A DNA stretch of 64,000 nucleotides from the NCBI GenBank assembly GCA_034420985.1, contig DAOUKU010000065.1, positions 99,326 through 163,325 of the forward strand, in the 5' to 3' direction. The notes beneath the pieces are model-generated. The model was not told the DNA's origin, made no database searches, and saw only the letters and a list, made by a program, of their open reading frames with translations. The stretch's first letter is position 1. Each line of letters begins with the position of its first letter. Positions 18,185 to 25,743 of the stretch are shown in pieces. The translations under genes and the position numbers were made by a program. Origin of the DNA: Anaerolineae bacterium (GTDB lineage Bacteria > Chloroflexota > Anaerolineae > Aggregatilineales > Phototrophicaceae).

Positions 18185-19330
18185 TCAGAGGGCGGGGAGA
18201 GCCAGCGGACTGCGTTCGTCAAGGGCGCGCCAGGGTTCCAGGTACTCCAAGCCAAAAGTCCTGGCGACGGCGGCATGCGTGCAGGCGCCGGCCGCGGTGT
18301 TGACGCCAGCCATCAGCGCTGGGTCGGCCTGCAGTGCCGCCGAGCCGCCATCCGCGATTTTCAGCGCATAGGGCAGGGTGGCGTTGGCCAGCGCCAGGCT
18401 GGATGTCCGCGGGACTGCGCCAGGCATGTTGGCGACGCCATAATGCAGCACGCCATCAATGGTATAGGTTGGGTCGCTGTGGGTGGTCGGACGCGTGGAT
18501 TCGACGCAGCCGCCCTGGTCGACGGCGACATCGACAATGACGCTGCCGGCCGGCATCAGCGGCAGCATGTCACGCGTCACCAGCAGCGGCGCCTTGGCGC
18601 CGGCGATCAGCACGCTGCCGATCAGCGCGTCAGCCGTCCGCAGCGACTCGGCGATATTGCTTTGCGTGGAGTAAAGGGTGGTCAAATTGCCGCTCATCAC
18701 TTGGCTGAGATAGCGCAGGCGCTCCAGGTTGATATCCAGCAGGGTCACGCGCGCGCCCATGCCCAGGGCGATTTTTGCGGCATTGGCGCCGACAGTGCCC
18801 GCGCCCAGGACGACCACATGCGCCGGCGCTACGCCCGGCACGCCGCCCATCAGCACGCCGCGACCGCCATGGGGCGTTTCCAAATGATGTGAAATCACCT
18901 GCGCAGCCATCCGCCCGGCCACCTCGCTCATCGGCTCCAGCAAGGGCAAGCGTCCGCGCGCATCCTGCACCGTCTCGTAGGCGACGCCGCTGACGCCATT
19001 GTCCAGCAGCGCATAGGTCAGCGCTTCGTCGGCGGCCAGATGCAGGTAAGTGAAGAGGATCAAGCCCGGTCGCAGGCGGCCGAATTCGCTGGGCTGCGGC
19101 TCTTTGACCTTGATGACCATATCCGCGCGAGCCCAGACATCATCCGCCGATTCCAGCAGCAGCGCGCCATGACTGTGATATTCGGCATCCGAAAAGCCGC
19201 TGCCAGCGCCCGCGCCCTGCTGCACATAGACCCGGTGCCCGCGGCGGACGAACTCGCGAATAGCCGCTGGCGGCAGGGATACGCGCTGTTCATCACTTTT
19301 AATTTCTGCAGGGATGCCGATGTTCATCAC
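18185..19330 (-). CDS. ald: Alanine dehydrogenase
   Basis: MNIGIPAEIKSDEQRV N-terminus, NAD fold VVVLGAGTVGANAAKIALGMGARVTLLD, and C-terminal HYGVANMPGAVPRTS. Confidence 0.93.
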   Translation of the reverse strand: MMNIGIPAEIKSDEQRVSLPPAAIREFVRRGHRVYVQQGAGAGSGFSDAEYHSHGALLLESADDVWARADMVIKVKEPQPSEFGRLRPGLILFTYLHLAADEALTYALLDNGVSGVAYETVQDARGRLPLLEPMSEVAGRMAAQVISHHLETPHGGRGVLMGGVPGVAPAHVVVLGAGTVGANAAKIALGMGARVTLLDINLERLRYLSQVMSGNLTTLYSTQSNIAESLRTADALIGSVLIAGAKAPLLVTRDMLPLMPAGSVIVDVAVDQGGCVESTRPTTHSDPTYTIDGVLHYGVANMPGAVPRTSSLALANATLPYALKIADGGSAALQADPALMAGVNTAAGACTHAAVARTFGLEYLEPWRALDERSPLALPAL

Positions 19331-19433
19331 GCTTCTCCTGAATCATGCCTACACCACCATGATACATGATGTAGGAAAAAATCAAGCATGATTCGTACAG
19401 ATTGCCCAGCATGAACAGCACGATGCGGATCGG

Positions 19434-19457
19434 GTAGGGCTACCCATTGGGCCGCCC
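19434..19457. repeat. Intergenic palindromic repeat, family A (GTAGGGGCGACCC-type), degenerate copy
   Basis: gtagggctacccattgggccgccc; related to the copies at 19518, 20752, 21024 and 29709. Confidence 0.6.
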
Positions 19458-19470
19458 GCGTAACCCATTC

Positions 19471-19497
19471 GCCCCCCGTCAAGTCGGGGGGAGGCTA
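19471..19497. repeat. Intergenic hairpin repeat, family B-like
   Basis: gccccccgtcaagtcggggggaggctaa. It has a 7-bp C/G stem, a tcaagt loop and the aggctaa tail, like the family B copies. Confidence 0.5.
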
Positions 19498-19517
19498 AAT
19501 CCGCGCGAATTTGGAAT

Positions 19518-19543
19518 GTAGGGGCGAGGGGGTTGATGGGCGC
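19518..19543. repeat. Intergenic repeat, family A, degenerate copy
   Basis: gtaggggcgagggggttgatgggcgc preceded by gcgcgaatttggaat. The same leader precedes the copy at 21024. Confidence 0.55.
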
Positions 19544-19556
19544 AGGACCGCGCCAG

Positions 19557-20642
<1,086 letters not shown>

Positions 20643-20751
20643 TTTCGCTCTCTTGATTCGGCGAGGCTGTCATTCTCGAGCTATTGTAACCACAGATGCA
20701 AGCCAAAGAAAAAGATTGAACCACAGAGGACACAGAGATATTGATAAAGCC

Positions 20752-20779
20752 GTAGGGGCGACTCACCGGCTCGCCCGTA
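20752..20779. repeat. Intergenic palindromic repeat, family A
   Basis: gtaggggcgactcaccggctcgcccgtac (GGGCGA / TCGCCC arms). Confidence 0.6.
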
Positions 20780-20875
20780 CAACTTCTGTATTTTTGGGAT
20801 TCGAAACAAGGCGAATCCTTTTGCCTGGGCGGCTGCTTTGCAGCGCGCAGGGCTACAGGGTTTGCGCAGGGGGAG

Positions 20876-20998
20876 ATGATGAGTCTGTATTATGAACTGG
20901 CTACGGATTTGCTTGCCAACGACTTTGGGCAGATTCTTAGTCTCGTGATGTTTGCGGCTATCGTTGTGATTTTATTGCTGATAATCAAGGGGCACTAG
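20876..20998 (+). CDS. Candidate 40-aa hydrophobic small protein (below the ORF-track cutoff)
   Basis: My own translation is MMSLYYELATDLLANDFGQILSLVMFAAIVVILLLIIKGH. GGGGGAG lies directly upstream. One predicted TM helix. The ORF is AT-richer than its surroundings and sits inside the MITE-like element. Confidence 0.3.
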   Translation: MMSLYYELATDLLANDFGQILSLVMFAAIVVILLLIIKGH

Positions 20999-21023
20999 TC
21001 GCGAATTTGGTCTGCGGGCGACC

Positions 21024-21048
21024 GTAGGGGCTACCCGGTGGGTCGCCC
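21024..21048. repeat. Intergenic palindromic repeat, family A
   Basis: gtaggggctacccggtgggtcgccc. Confidence 0.6.
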
Positions 21049-21095
21049 TGCCCTTACGGAAATGTCAATGCCTCTGCGCTTCTGTGGTGAATGTC

Positions 21096-21893
21096 TTATA
21101 TCTTGCCCATCTCCGCGCGCACAGTATCCAGCAGGTTTTCCGCGCGGATCTGCGCCAGGGTATAGCAGGGTCCGCCTAGTTGGTCGGCCAGACGCTGCGC
21201 CAAGCCCTGGTCGAAAGCCACATGCTCCATATTGATGGTCACGGTGCGGATGTCGGCTTCGTGAATCTTGCGCGCGATGGAATGCGCCTCGTCTTGCGGC
21301 GACACGCTATCGCTAATCGACACATTGCCGGCGCCGTCCGTCAGCAGGATCATCATCGGCATGACATCCGGGTTCAGGCTCTTCTCGCGCTGGACGGCTT
21401 CGTAGGTCATCAGCAAGCCCGCCGAAAGCGGGGTCTTGCCGCCAACGGGGATATCGGCCATGGCTTGCTTGGCCAGCACCACTGAGTTGGTCGGCGGCAG
21501 CACCAGCGAAGCGCGGTCTTTCTGGAAGACCACCAGCCCAACCCGGTCGCGGCGCTGGTAGGCATCCGTTAGCAGCGACATGATGGCGCCCTTGGTGGCT
21601 TGCATGCGCTCGGAGACCGCCATGCTCCAGGAGGCGTCGACCGTGAACATGATAAGGTTGGCGGCTTTGCGGACGCGCACTTTCTCTTGCAGGTCGCTCT
21701 TGCGCAGCGCGTAAGCCATGCCGGTTTCTTGCTTTTGCTCGGCGCGCTCGACTTGCATCGGGGCAGCGGCGCGCAGCGTGGCGTCAAAGGCGATGTCGCG
21801 GGGTTTCTCGCCGGCTTGCTTGGCGCGCACATAGCGCCCGCGCTTGCGATCCGTGCGCGTGGTGGAACGCCGTCCCGATTGACGCCGCGTCAT
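21096..21893 (-). CDS. chlD: VWA-domain protein, ChlD/BchD C-terminal-type (frame open upstream to 22070)
   Basis: MIDAS motif in LIMFTVDASWSMA, and LLTDGAGN. The same frame stays open with no ATG/GTG/TTG from 21894 up to the A9 run at 22064..22072. Confidence 0.8.
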   Translation of the reverse strand: MTRRQSGRRSTTRTDRKRGRYVRAKQAGEKPRDIAFDATLRAAAPMQVERAEQKQETGMAYALRKSDLQEKVRVRKAANLIMFTVDASWSMAVSERMQATKGAIMSLLTDAYQRRDRVGLVVFQKDRASLVLPPTNSVVLAKQAMADIPVGGKTPLSAGLLMTYEAVQREKSLNPDVMPMMILLTDGAGNVSISDSVSPQDEAHSIARKIHEADIRTVTINMEHVAFDQGLAQRLADQLGGPCYTLAQIRAENLLDTVRAEMGKI

Positions 21894-22051
21894 GCGATCC
21901 AGTTGCGTGTTTAGCTTGCGCGTCTCGAACTCGGCGCGGGAGTCGACTTGCTGCCCGCCTTCCCACCAGCGCGCGTCGGAAGTGGGGAAGACATCTTGCG
22001 GCGCGGCTTCCGCCTGGCTGAGCTCCTGTTCGGTCTGCTCGCCCTCGCCGC

Positions 22052-23173
22052 TTACCGACTCACTTTTTTTTTAGACTGCGATGCCTGTTCGTCGCTGTTT
22101 TCGCTGAATTCGCCGGCTTCTTCACCTTCGCCAAGTTCTTGGCGTTTTTCGTCCACGGCGGATTCGATTGCGTTGAGGTCGGCCTGGGCGTCACTGAAGG
22201 GTCCGCGCTTGAGGCGGTGCGGGATGGTCAGGCGGATGGCCACCGTGATATCGCGGTCGTTGATGGCGGTTCTGCCTTCGTAGGCCGCATGGGCGCGCGC
22301 CGCTTTGAGGATTACCAGGTCGGCGCGGTGACCGTCAATGCGCAGGTCGCTGGTGATGCTGGCGATGACGCGCAGGTCGTAAGTCGTATGCGTAACTTGG
22401 TCGATGATCTCGCGGGCGGCGGCAATGCGATCCGACAACTGCTGATCAACTGGCTGCCACTCCGTTTTGAAGTCCACAGGATCGTTCTCGTAGGCGATAT
22501 GTCGCTCCAGGATTTCGATGCGCTCGCGGGCTTCCTTGATGCCGGTGACATCCACGGACAGCGCAAACCGGTCCAACAGTTGCGGACGCAGGTCGCCTTC
22601 TTCCGGATTCATGGTACCGACCAGGATGAAGCGCGCCGGGTGGCTGAAACTGATGCCCTCGCGCTCGACGATGTTGACGCCCATAGCCGCGCTGTCCAAC
22701 AGCAGGTCGACAATATGGTCGTCCAGCAGGTTGATTTCATCGACATAGAGGATGCCGCGGTTGGCGTTGGCCAGCACGCCCGTGTCAAAATGTCGCTCGC
22801 CCAACTGGATGGCTTTCTCGATATCCAGGGTGCCGACAACGCGGTCTTCGGTGGCGCTGACGGGCAAGTCGACGAAGCTGATTCGGCGGCTCTTGCTGGG
22901 AATCTCGTCGCACTCGGCGTACTTTTGGCGGGCGAAATCCGACCAGCTTTCTGGGCGGGCGGGGTCATCATTGAAGGGCGAGTCGGCAATGACCTGGATT
23001 TGCGGCAGCAGAGCAGCCAGGGCGCGCGCTGCTGTGGATTTGCCGGTCCCGCGCTCGCCACGAATCAGCACGCCGCCTATACGCATGTCAATGGCGTTCA
23101 AAATCAACGCCAGTTTCATCATGTCTTGCCCTACGATGGCGGTGAAGGGGTAAACAGGCGGTCGATTGCTCAT
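22052..23173 (-). CDS. chlI: Magnesium/cobalt chelatase AAA+ subunit, ChlI/BchI family
   Basis: VYPFTAIVGQDMMKLALILNAI...GVLIRGERGTGKST (Walker A), ILYVDEINLL (Walker B), acidic C-terminal tail. The ORF ends KKKVSR-stop just after the A9 run. Confidence 0.9.
   Translation of the reverse strand: MSNRPPVYPFTAIVGQDMMKLALILNAIDMRIGGVLIRGERGTGKSTAARALAALLPQIQVIADSPFNDDPARPESWSDFARQKYAECDEIPSKSRRISFVDLPVSATEDRVVGTLDIEKAIQLGERHFDTGVLANANRGILYVDEINLLDDHIVDLLLDSAAMGVNIVEREGISFSHPARFILVGTMNPEEGDLRPQLLDRFALSVDVTGIKEARERIEILERHIAYENDPVDFKTEWQPVDQQLSDRIAAAREIIDQVTHTTYDLRVIASITSDLRIDGHRADLVILKAARAHAAYEGRTAINDRDITVAIRLTIPHRLKRGPFSDAQADLNAIESAVDEKRQELGEGEEAGEFSENSDEQASQSKKKVSR
22064..22072 (-). promoter_or_regulatory. 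A9 homopolymer: candidate -1 ribosomal frameshift or transcriptional slippage site
   Basis: The coding strand reads tct aaa aaa aaa gtg agt cgg taa. The -1 frame has a TAA immediately 5' of the run and is then open into the VWA ORF. Confidence 0.5.
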
Positions 23174-23225
23174 GACGATTCCGTTTTTGCCTCGTTGCCT
23201 TACATTGAAACGGCGATTATAAGGG

Positions 23226-23254
23226 AGGGCGCTGGAGCTGACAATTGTGAGCTT
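23226..23254 (-). promoter_or_regulatory. Candidate sigma-70 promoter for the chlI/chlD locus (TTGTCA-17 nt-TATAAT)
   Basis: On the minus strand, TTGTCA at 23254..23249 and TATAAT at 23231..23226 with a 17-nt spacer, about 50 nt upstream of the chlI ATG. Confidence 0.5.
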
Positions 23255-23310
23255 GTGCCATTCCGCCTACAATCGCCCGCATCGCACAATTATCTACACG
23301 GAGACGGAAC

Positions 23311-23733
23311 TTGACACTGAAACGCAAACCGCAAGTGAATGCTATGCCCGCAGTCGCTGATGCGAAGTCAATCGACTTTTTTGCCGCCAAGCTGCGCGGC
23401 GAAACCGACCCTGCCGATGTCTGGTATGACATGCAGCATGACATCGATGATTTCATCCTGCTTGATGTCCGCAGTGAGGAAGACTACGCCGCCAAACATG
23501 CCGCTGGCGCCATCAGCTTGCCACACAGCCGCATCACGGAGAAACGAATGAATGAATACCATGAGGATACGCTCTTCGTCGTTTACTGCTGGGGACCTGG
23601 CTGCAATGGATCGACCAAGGCCGCGCTGAAATTGTCGAAATTGGGATACGCCGTGAAGGAGATGATCGGCGGTATAGAGTACTGGGAGCGCGAAGGCAAC
23701 CCGGTGCGAAATGGTAGCGCATCAGCGTCGTGA
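23311..23733 (+). CDS. Rhodanese-domain protein
   Basis: LLDVRSEEDYAAKHAAGAISLP and active-site-loop-like VVYCWGPGCNGS. TTG start with GGAGA 6 nt upstream; an alternative ATG lies at 23344. Confidence 0.75.
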   Translation: MTLKRKPQVNAMPAVADAKSIDFFAAKLRGETDPADVWYDMQHDIDDFILLDVRSEEDYAAKHAAGAISLPHSRITEKRMNEYHEDTLFVVYCWGPGCNGSTKAALKLSKLGYAVKEMIGGIEYWEREGNPVRNGSASAS

Positions 23734-23783
23734 AGCTCATTTACGCAGGCGATTCCCTCGAAAAAAGGTGACCTAAGCCCCGC

Positions 23784-24734
23784 ATGCAGCCGAATACCAT
23801 TCTCTGTGTTACGCCAAATGTCGCCTTGGATCGCACCATGGTCGTGCCGGATTTCGCCATCGGGCGCATCTCCCGCATCCCTGGCGCCATTGCCGTGCCC
23901 GGCGGCAAAGGGCTGAATGTGCTGCGCTCGGTCGATATTCTGGGCGGCCGAGGGGTAGCCATGGGTCTGCTGGGCGGTCACACCGGGCGGATGGTCGCGG
24001 CTTTGGTGGCGGAAGGCGGTTATCAAGCGCAATGGACGAACTTCTGCGGCGAAACACGCACCTGCACGATTATCGCCAATGCCGATGGACTGTCGACCGT
24101 CATCAATGAATCTGGGAACATCGCGCCGGGGGATTGGCATGCACTGGCCGACGACATTTGCGCCGCCGCAGGCTGCGGCAATATCGCCGCGGTCTGCCTC
24201 TGCGGCAGTCTGCCCGATGGCGCGCCCAGCGATGCGCCGGCCAATCTCATCCAGCGCGTCAATGCCTTAGGCGTGCCCATCTGGGTGGATAGCAGCGGGA
24301 AATGGCTGGTCAATGCCATGTCGGCCCTGCCTTACGCCATCAAGGTCAATCGCGAGGAGTTTGCCGGCGCTCTGGGCAGGGATTTGCCGACACAAGACGC
24401 CATCATTGCCTCAGCCAGAGACCTGGTCGCAACGGGCATTGCTATTGTCGTGATTTCGCAAGGGGCGGACCCAGCGCTGATGATCACCAGAAACTTGGTC
24501 GCGCAAGCCCTTCCGCCGCGCATTCAGCCAGTCGACCCCATCGCCAGCGGCGATTGCCTGCACGCGGGCATTGTGACGGCGCTGGCGGAAGGCGTGGGTG
24601 CTGGGGAGGCTTTGCGGCGTGGCGTGGCGGCCGGCACGGTCAACGCGCTTTATGCTGGCGGTGCACAATTCAGCCACCACCATTTCCTTGAGATCCTCGC
24701 GGAAACGCAACTGCAGATTTTACAAAGATTTTAA
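23784..24734 (+). CDS. PfkB-family sugar-phosphate kinase (1-phosphofructokinase/tagatose-6-P kinase-like)
   Basis: TPNVALDRT, PGGKGLNV and C-terminal ASGDCLHAGIV motifs. Confidence 0.8.
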   Translation: MQPNTILCVTPNVALDRTMVVPDFAIGRISRIPGAIAVPGGKGLNVLRSVDILGGRGVAMGLLGGHTGRMVAALVAEGGYQAQWTNFCGETRTCTIIANADGLSTVINESGNIAPGDWHALADDICAAAGCGNIAAVCLCGSLPDGAPSDAPANLIQRVNALGVPIWVDSSGKWLVNAMSALPYAIKVNREEFAGALGRDLPTQDAIIASARDLVATGIAIVVISQGADPALMITRNLVAQALPPRIQPVDPIASGDCLHAGIVTALAEGVGAGEALRRGVAAGTVNALYAGGAQFSHHHFLEILAETQLQILQRF

Positions 24735-24822
24735 GCTCTTCATATACGATTCAAACGCGCAGACACTATCTTGCGCGGTCGAGAATTTGCAGTCGCGCGC
24801 CAGCGAGAAAGGAGTGAAACGC

Positions 24823-25737
24823 GTGATTCATGTGCAGAATATCTCCAAGAACTACGGCGATATTGTGGCGCTACAAGAGGTCAGTTTTGACATCCAGCCG
24901 GGCGAGATCGTCGGTTTACTGGGACCGAACGGCGCGGGCAAGTCCACAGCCATCAAAATCATCACCGGCTTTTTGCATCCCGATGCTGGCAGCGTCGAAA
25001 TTGATGGGCTCAGCGTCTTGAGCCAGCTGCGCGCCGTGCAAGCCAAAATCGGATACTTGTCCGAGAACACGCCGCTGTATCCCGAGCTTTCGGTGCAGAA
25101 CTATTTGAAGCTGGTCGCCGACCTGCGCGGACTGCCCGCCGAGGATTTGCCGCGTTTGCTTTCGGCAGCGGTCTATGGCACGGGCTTGCAAGATTATCTG
25201 GCGCGCCCTATCGCCTCGTTGAGCAAGGGCTTGCGACAGCGGGTCGGCTTGGCGCAGGCGATTTTGCATCAGCCGCGTTTCTTGATATTGGACGAACCGA
25301 CAGTCGGCCTGGATCCCACGCAAATCGTCGAAATCCGCGCGTTGATAAAGTCTCTAGCACAGCACAGCACCATTCTCTTTTCCTCGCATATCCTTTCCGA
25401 AGTCGAGTCCATCTGCGACCGTGTCATCATCATCATCAATGGCGAAGTCAGAGCCGACCAAAGTCTGGGCGATCTCGGCCAAAGCAATGACGCCACACTG
25501 GTCTTGCAGCGCGAGCCGGCCGATGCGGCGGGGAGACTGGCGGCGCTGGATGGCATCGCGCAGGTGCGACCGGCGCCTTCGGTTGATGGCTACCCGGCCT
25601 GGCGCATCAGCGGGGCTGGCGACATCACGCCCAAGATCTTCAAGCTGGCGCGAGAGAACGACTGGGCGCTGCGCGAGTTGCGGCGCGATACCGTCACGCT
25701 GGAATCCTTCTTCAACCAAGTGGCGACCGGGGCCTAG
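24823..25737 (+). CDS. ABC transporter ATP-binding protein (GldA-like)
   Basis: Walker A GPNGAGKST, signature LSKGLRQRVGLAQA, Walker B LILDEP. I moved the start to GTG 24823, which lies 9 nt after AAAGGAG. The track start at 24598 overlaps pfkB. Confidence 0.85.
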   Translation: MIHVQNISKNYGDIVALQEVSFDIQPGEIVGLLGPNGAGKSTAIKIITGFLHPDAGSVEIDGLSVLSQLRAVQAKIGYLSENTPLYPELSVQNYLKLVADLRGLPAEDLPRLLSAAVYGTGLQDYLARPIASLSKGLRQRVGLAQAILHQPRFLILDEPTVGLDPTQIVEIRALIKSLAQHSTILFSSHILSEVESICDRVIIIINGEVRADQSLGDLGQSNDATLVLQREPADAAGRLAALDGIAQVRPAPSVDGYPAWRISGAGDITPKIFKLARENDWALRELRRDTVTLESFFNQVATGA

Positions 25738-25743
25738 GAGGCG

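Larger units (their letters stand above)
20721..21087. repeat. MITE-like composite element with imperfect terminal inverted repeats
   Basis: The left end is ccacagaggacacagag...attgata...gtaggggcga. The right end, reverse-complemented, is ccacagaagcgcagagg...attgaca...gtaagggca. A family A palindrome lies inside each end. Confidence 0.4.

Noticed and set aside
20797-20822. Hairpin ggattcg-aaacaagg-cgaatcc followed by TTTT
   Set aside because: I considered it as a rho-independent terminator. The stem is only 7 bp and AT-rich, and the T-tract is 4 nt. On the plus strand no gene ends upstream of it. On the minus strand, where the VWA gene ends, no U-tract follows.
23174-23310. Possible cobalamin riboswitch upstream of the chelatase genes
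   Set aside because: The leader downstream of the predicted promoter is only about 45 nt, and I could not find a B12-box-like element. It is too short for the aptamer.
22139-23314. 391-aa plus-strand ORF antisense to chlI
   Set aside because: The opposite strand encodes an unmistakable ChlI/BchI AAA+ protein. This ORF has no motifs and a shadow-ORF composition.
24598-24822. Upstream extension of the ABC ATPase ORF (track start 24598)
   Set aside because: It would overlap the pfkB gene by 137 nt. A GTG at 24823 with AAAGGAG 9 nt upstream gives a normal ABC N-terminus (VIHVQNISKNYG).
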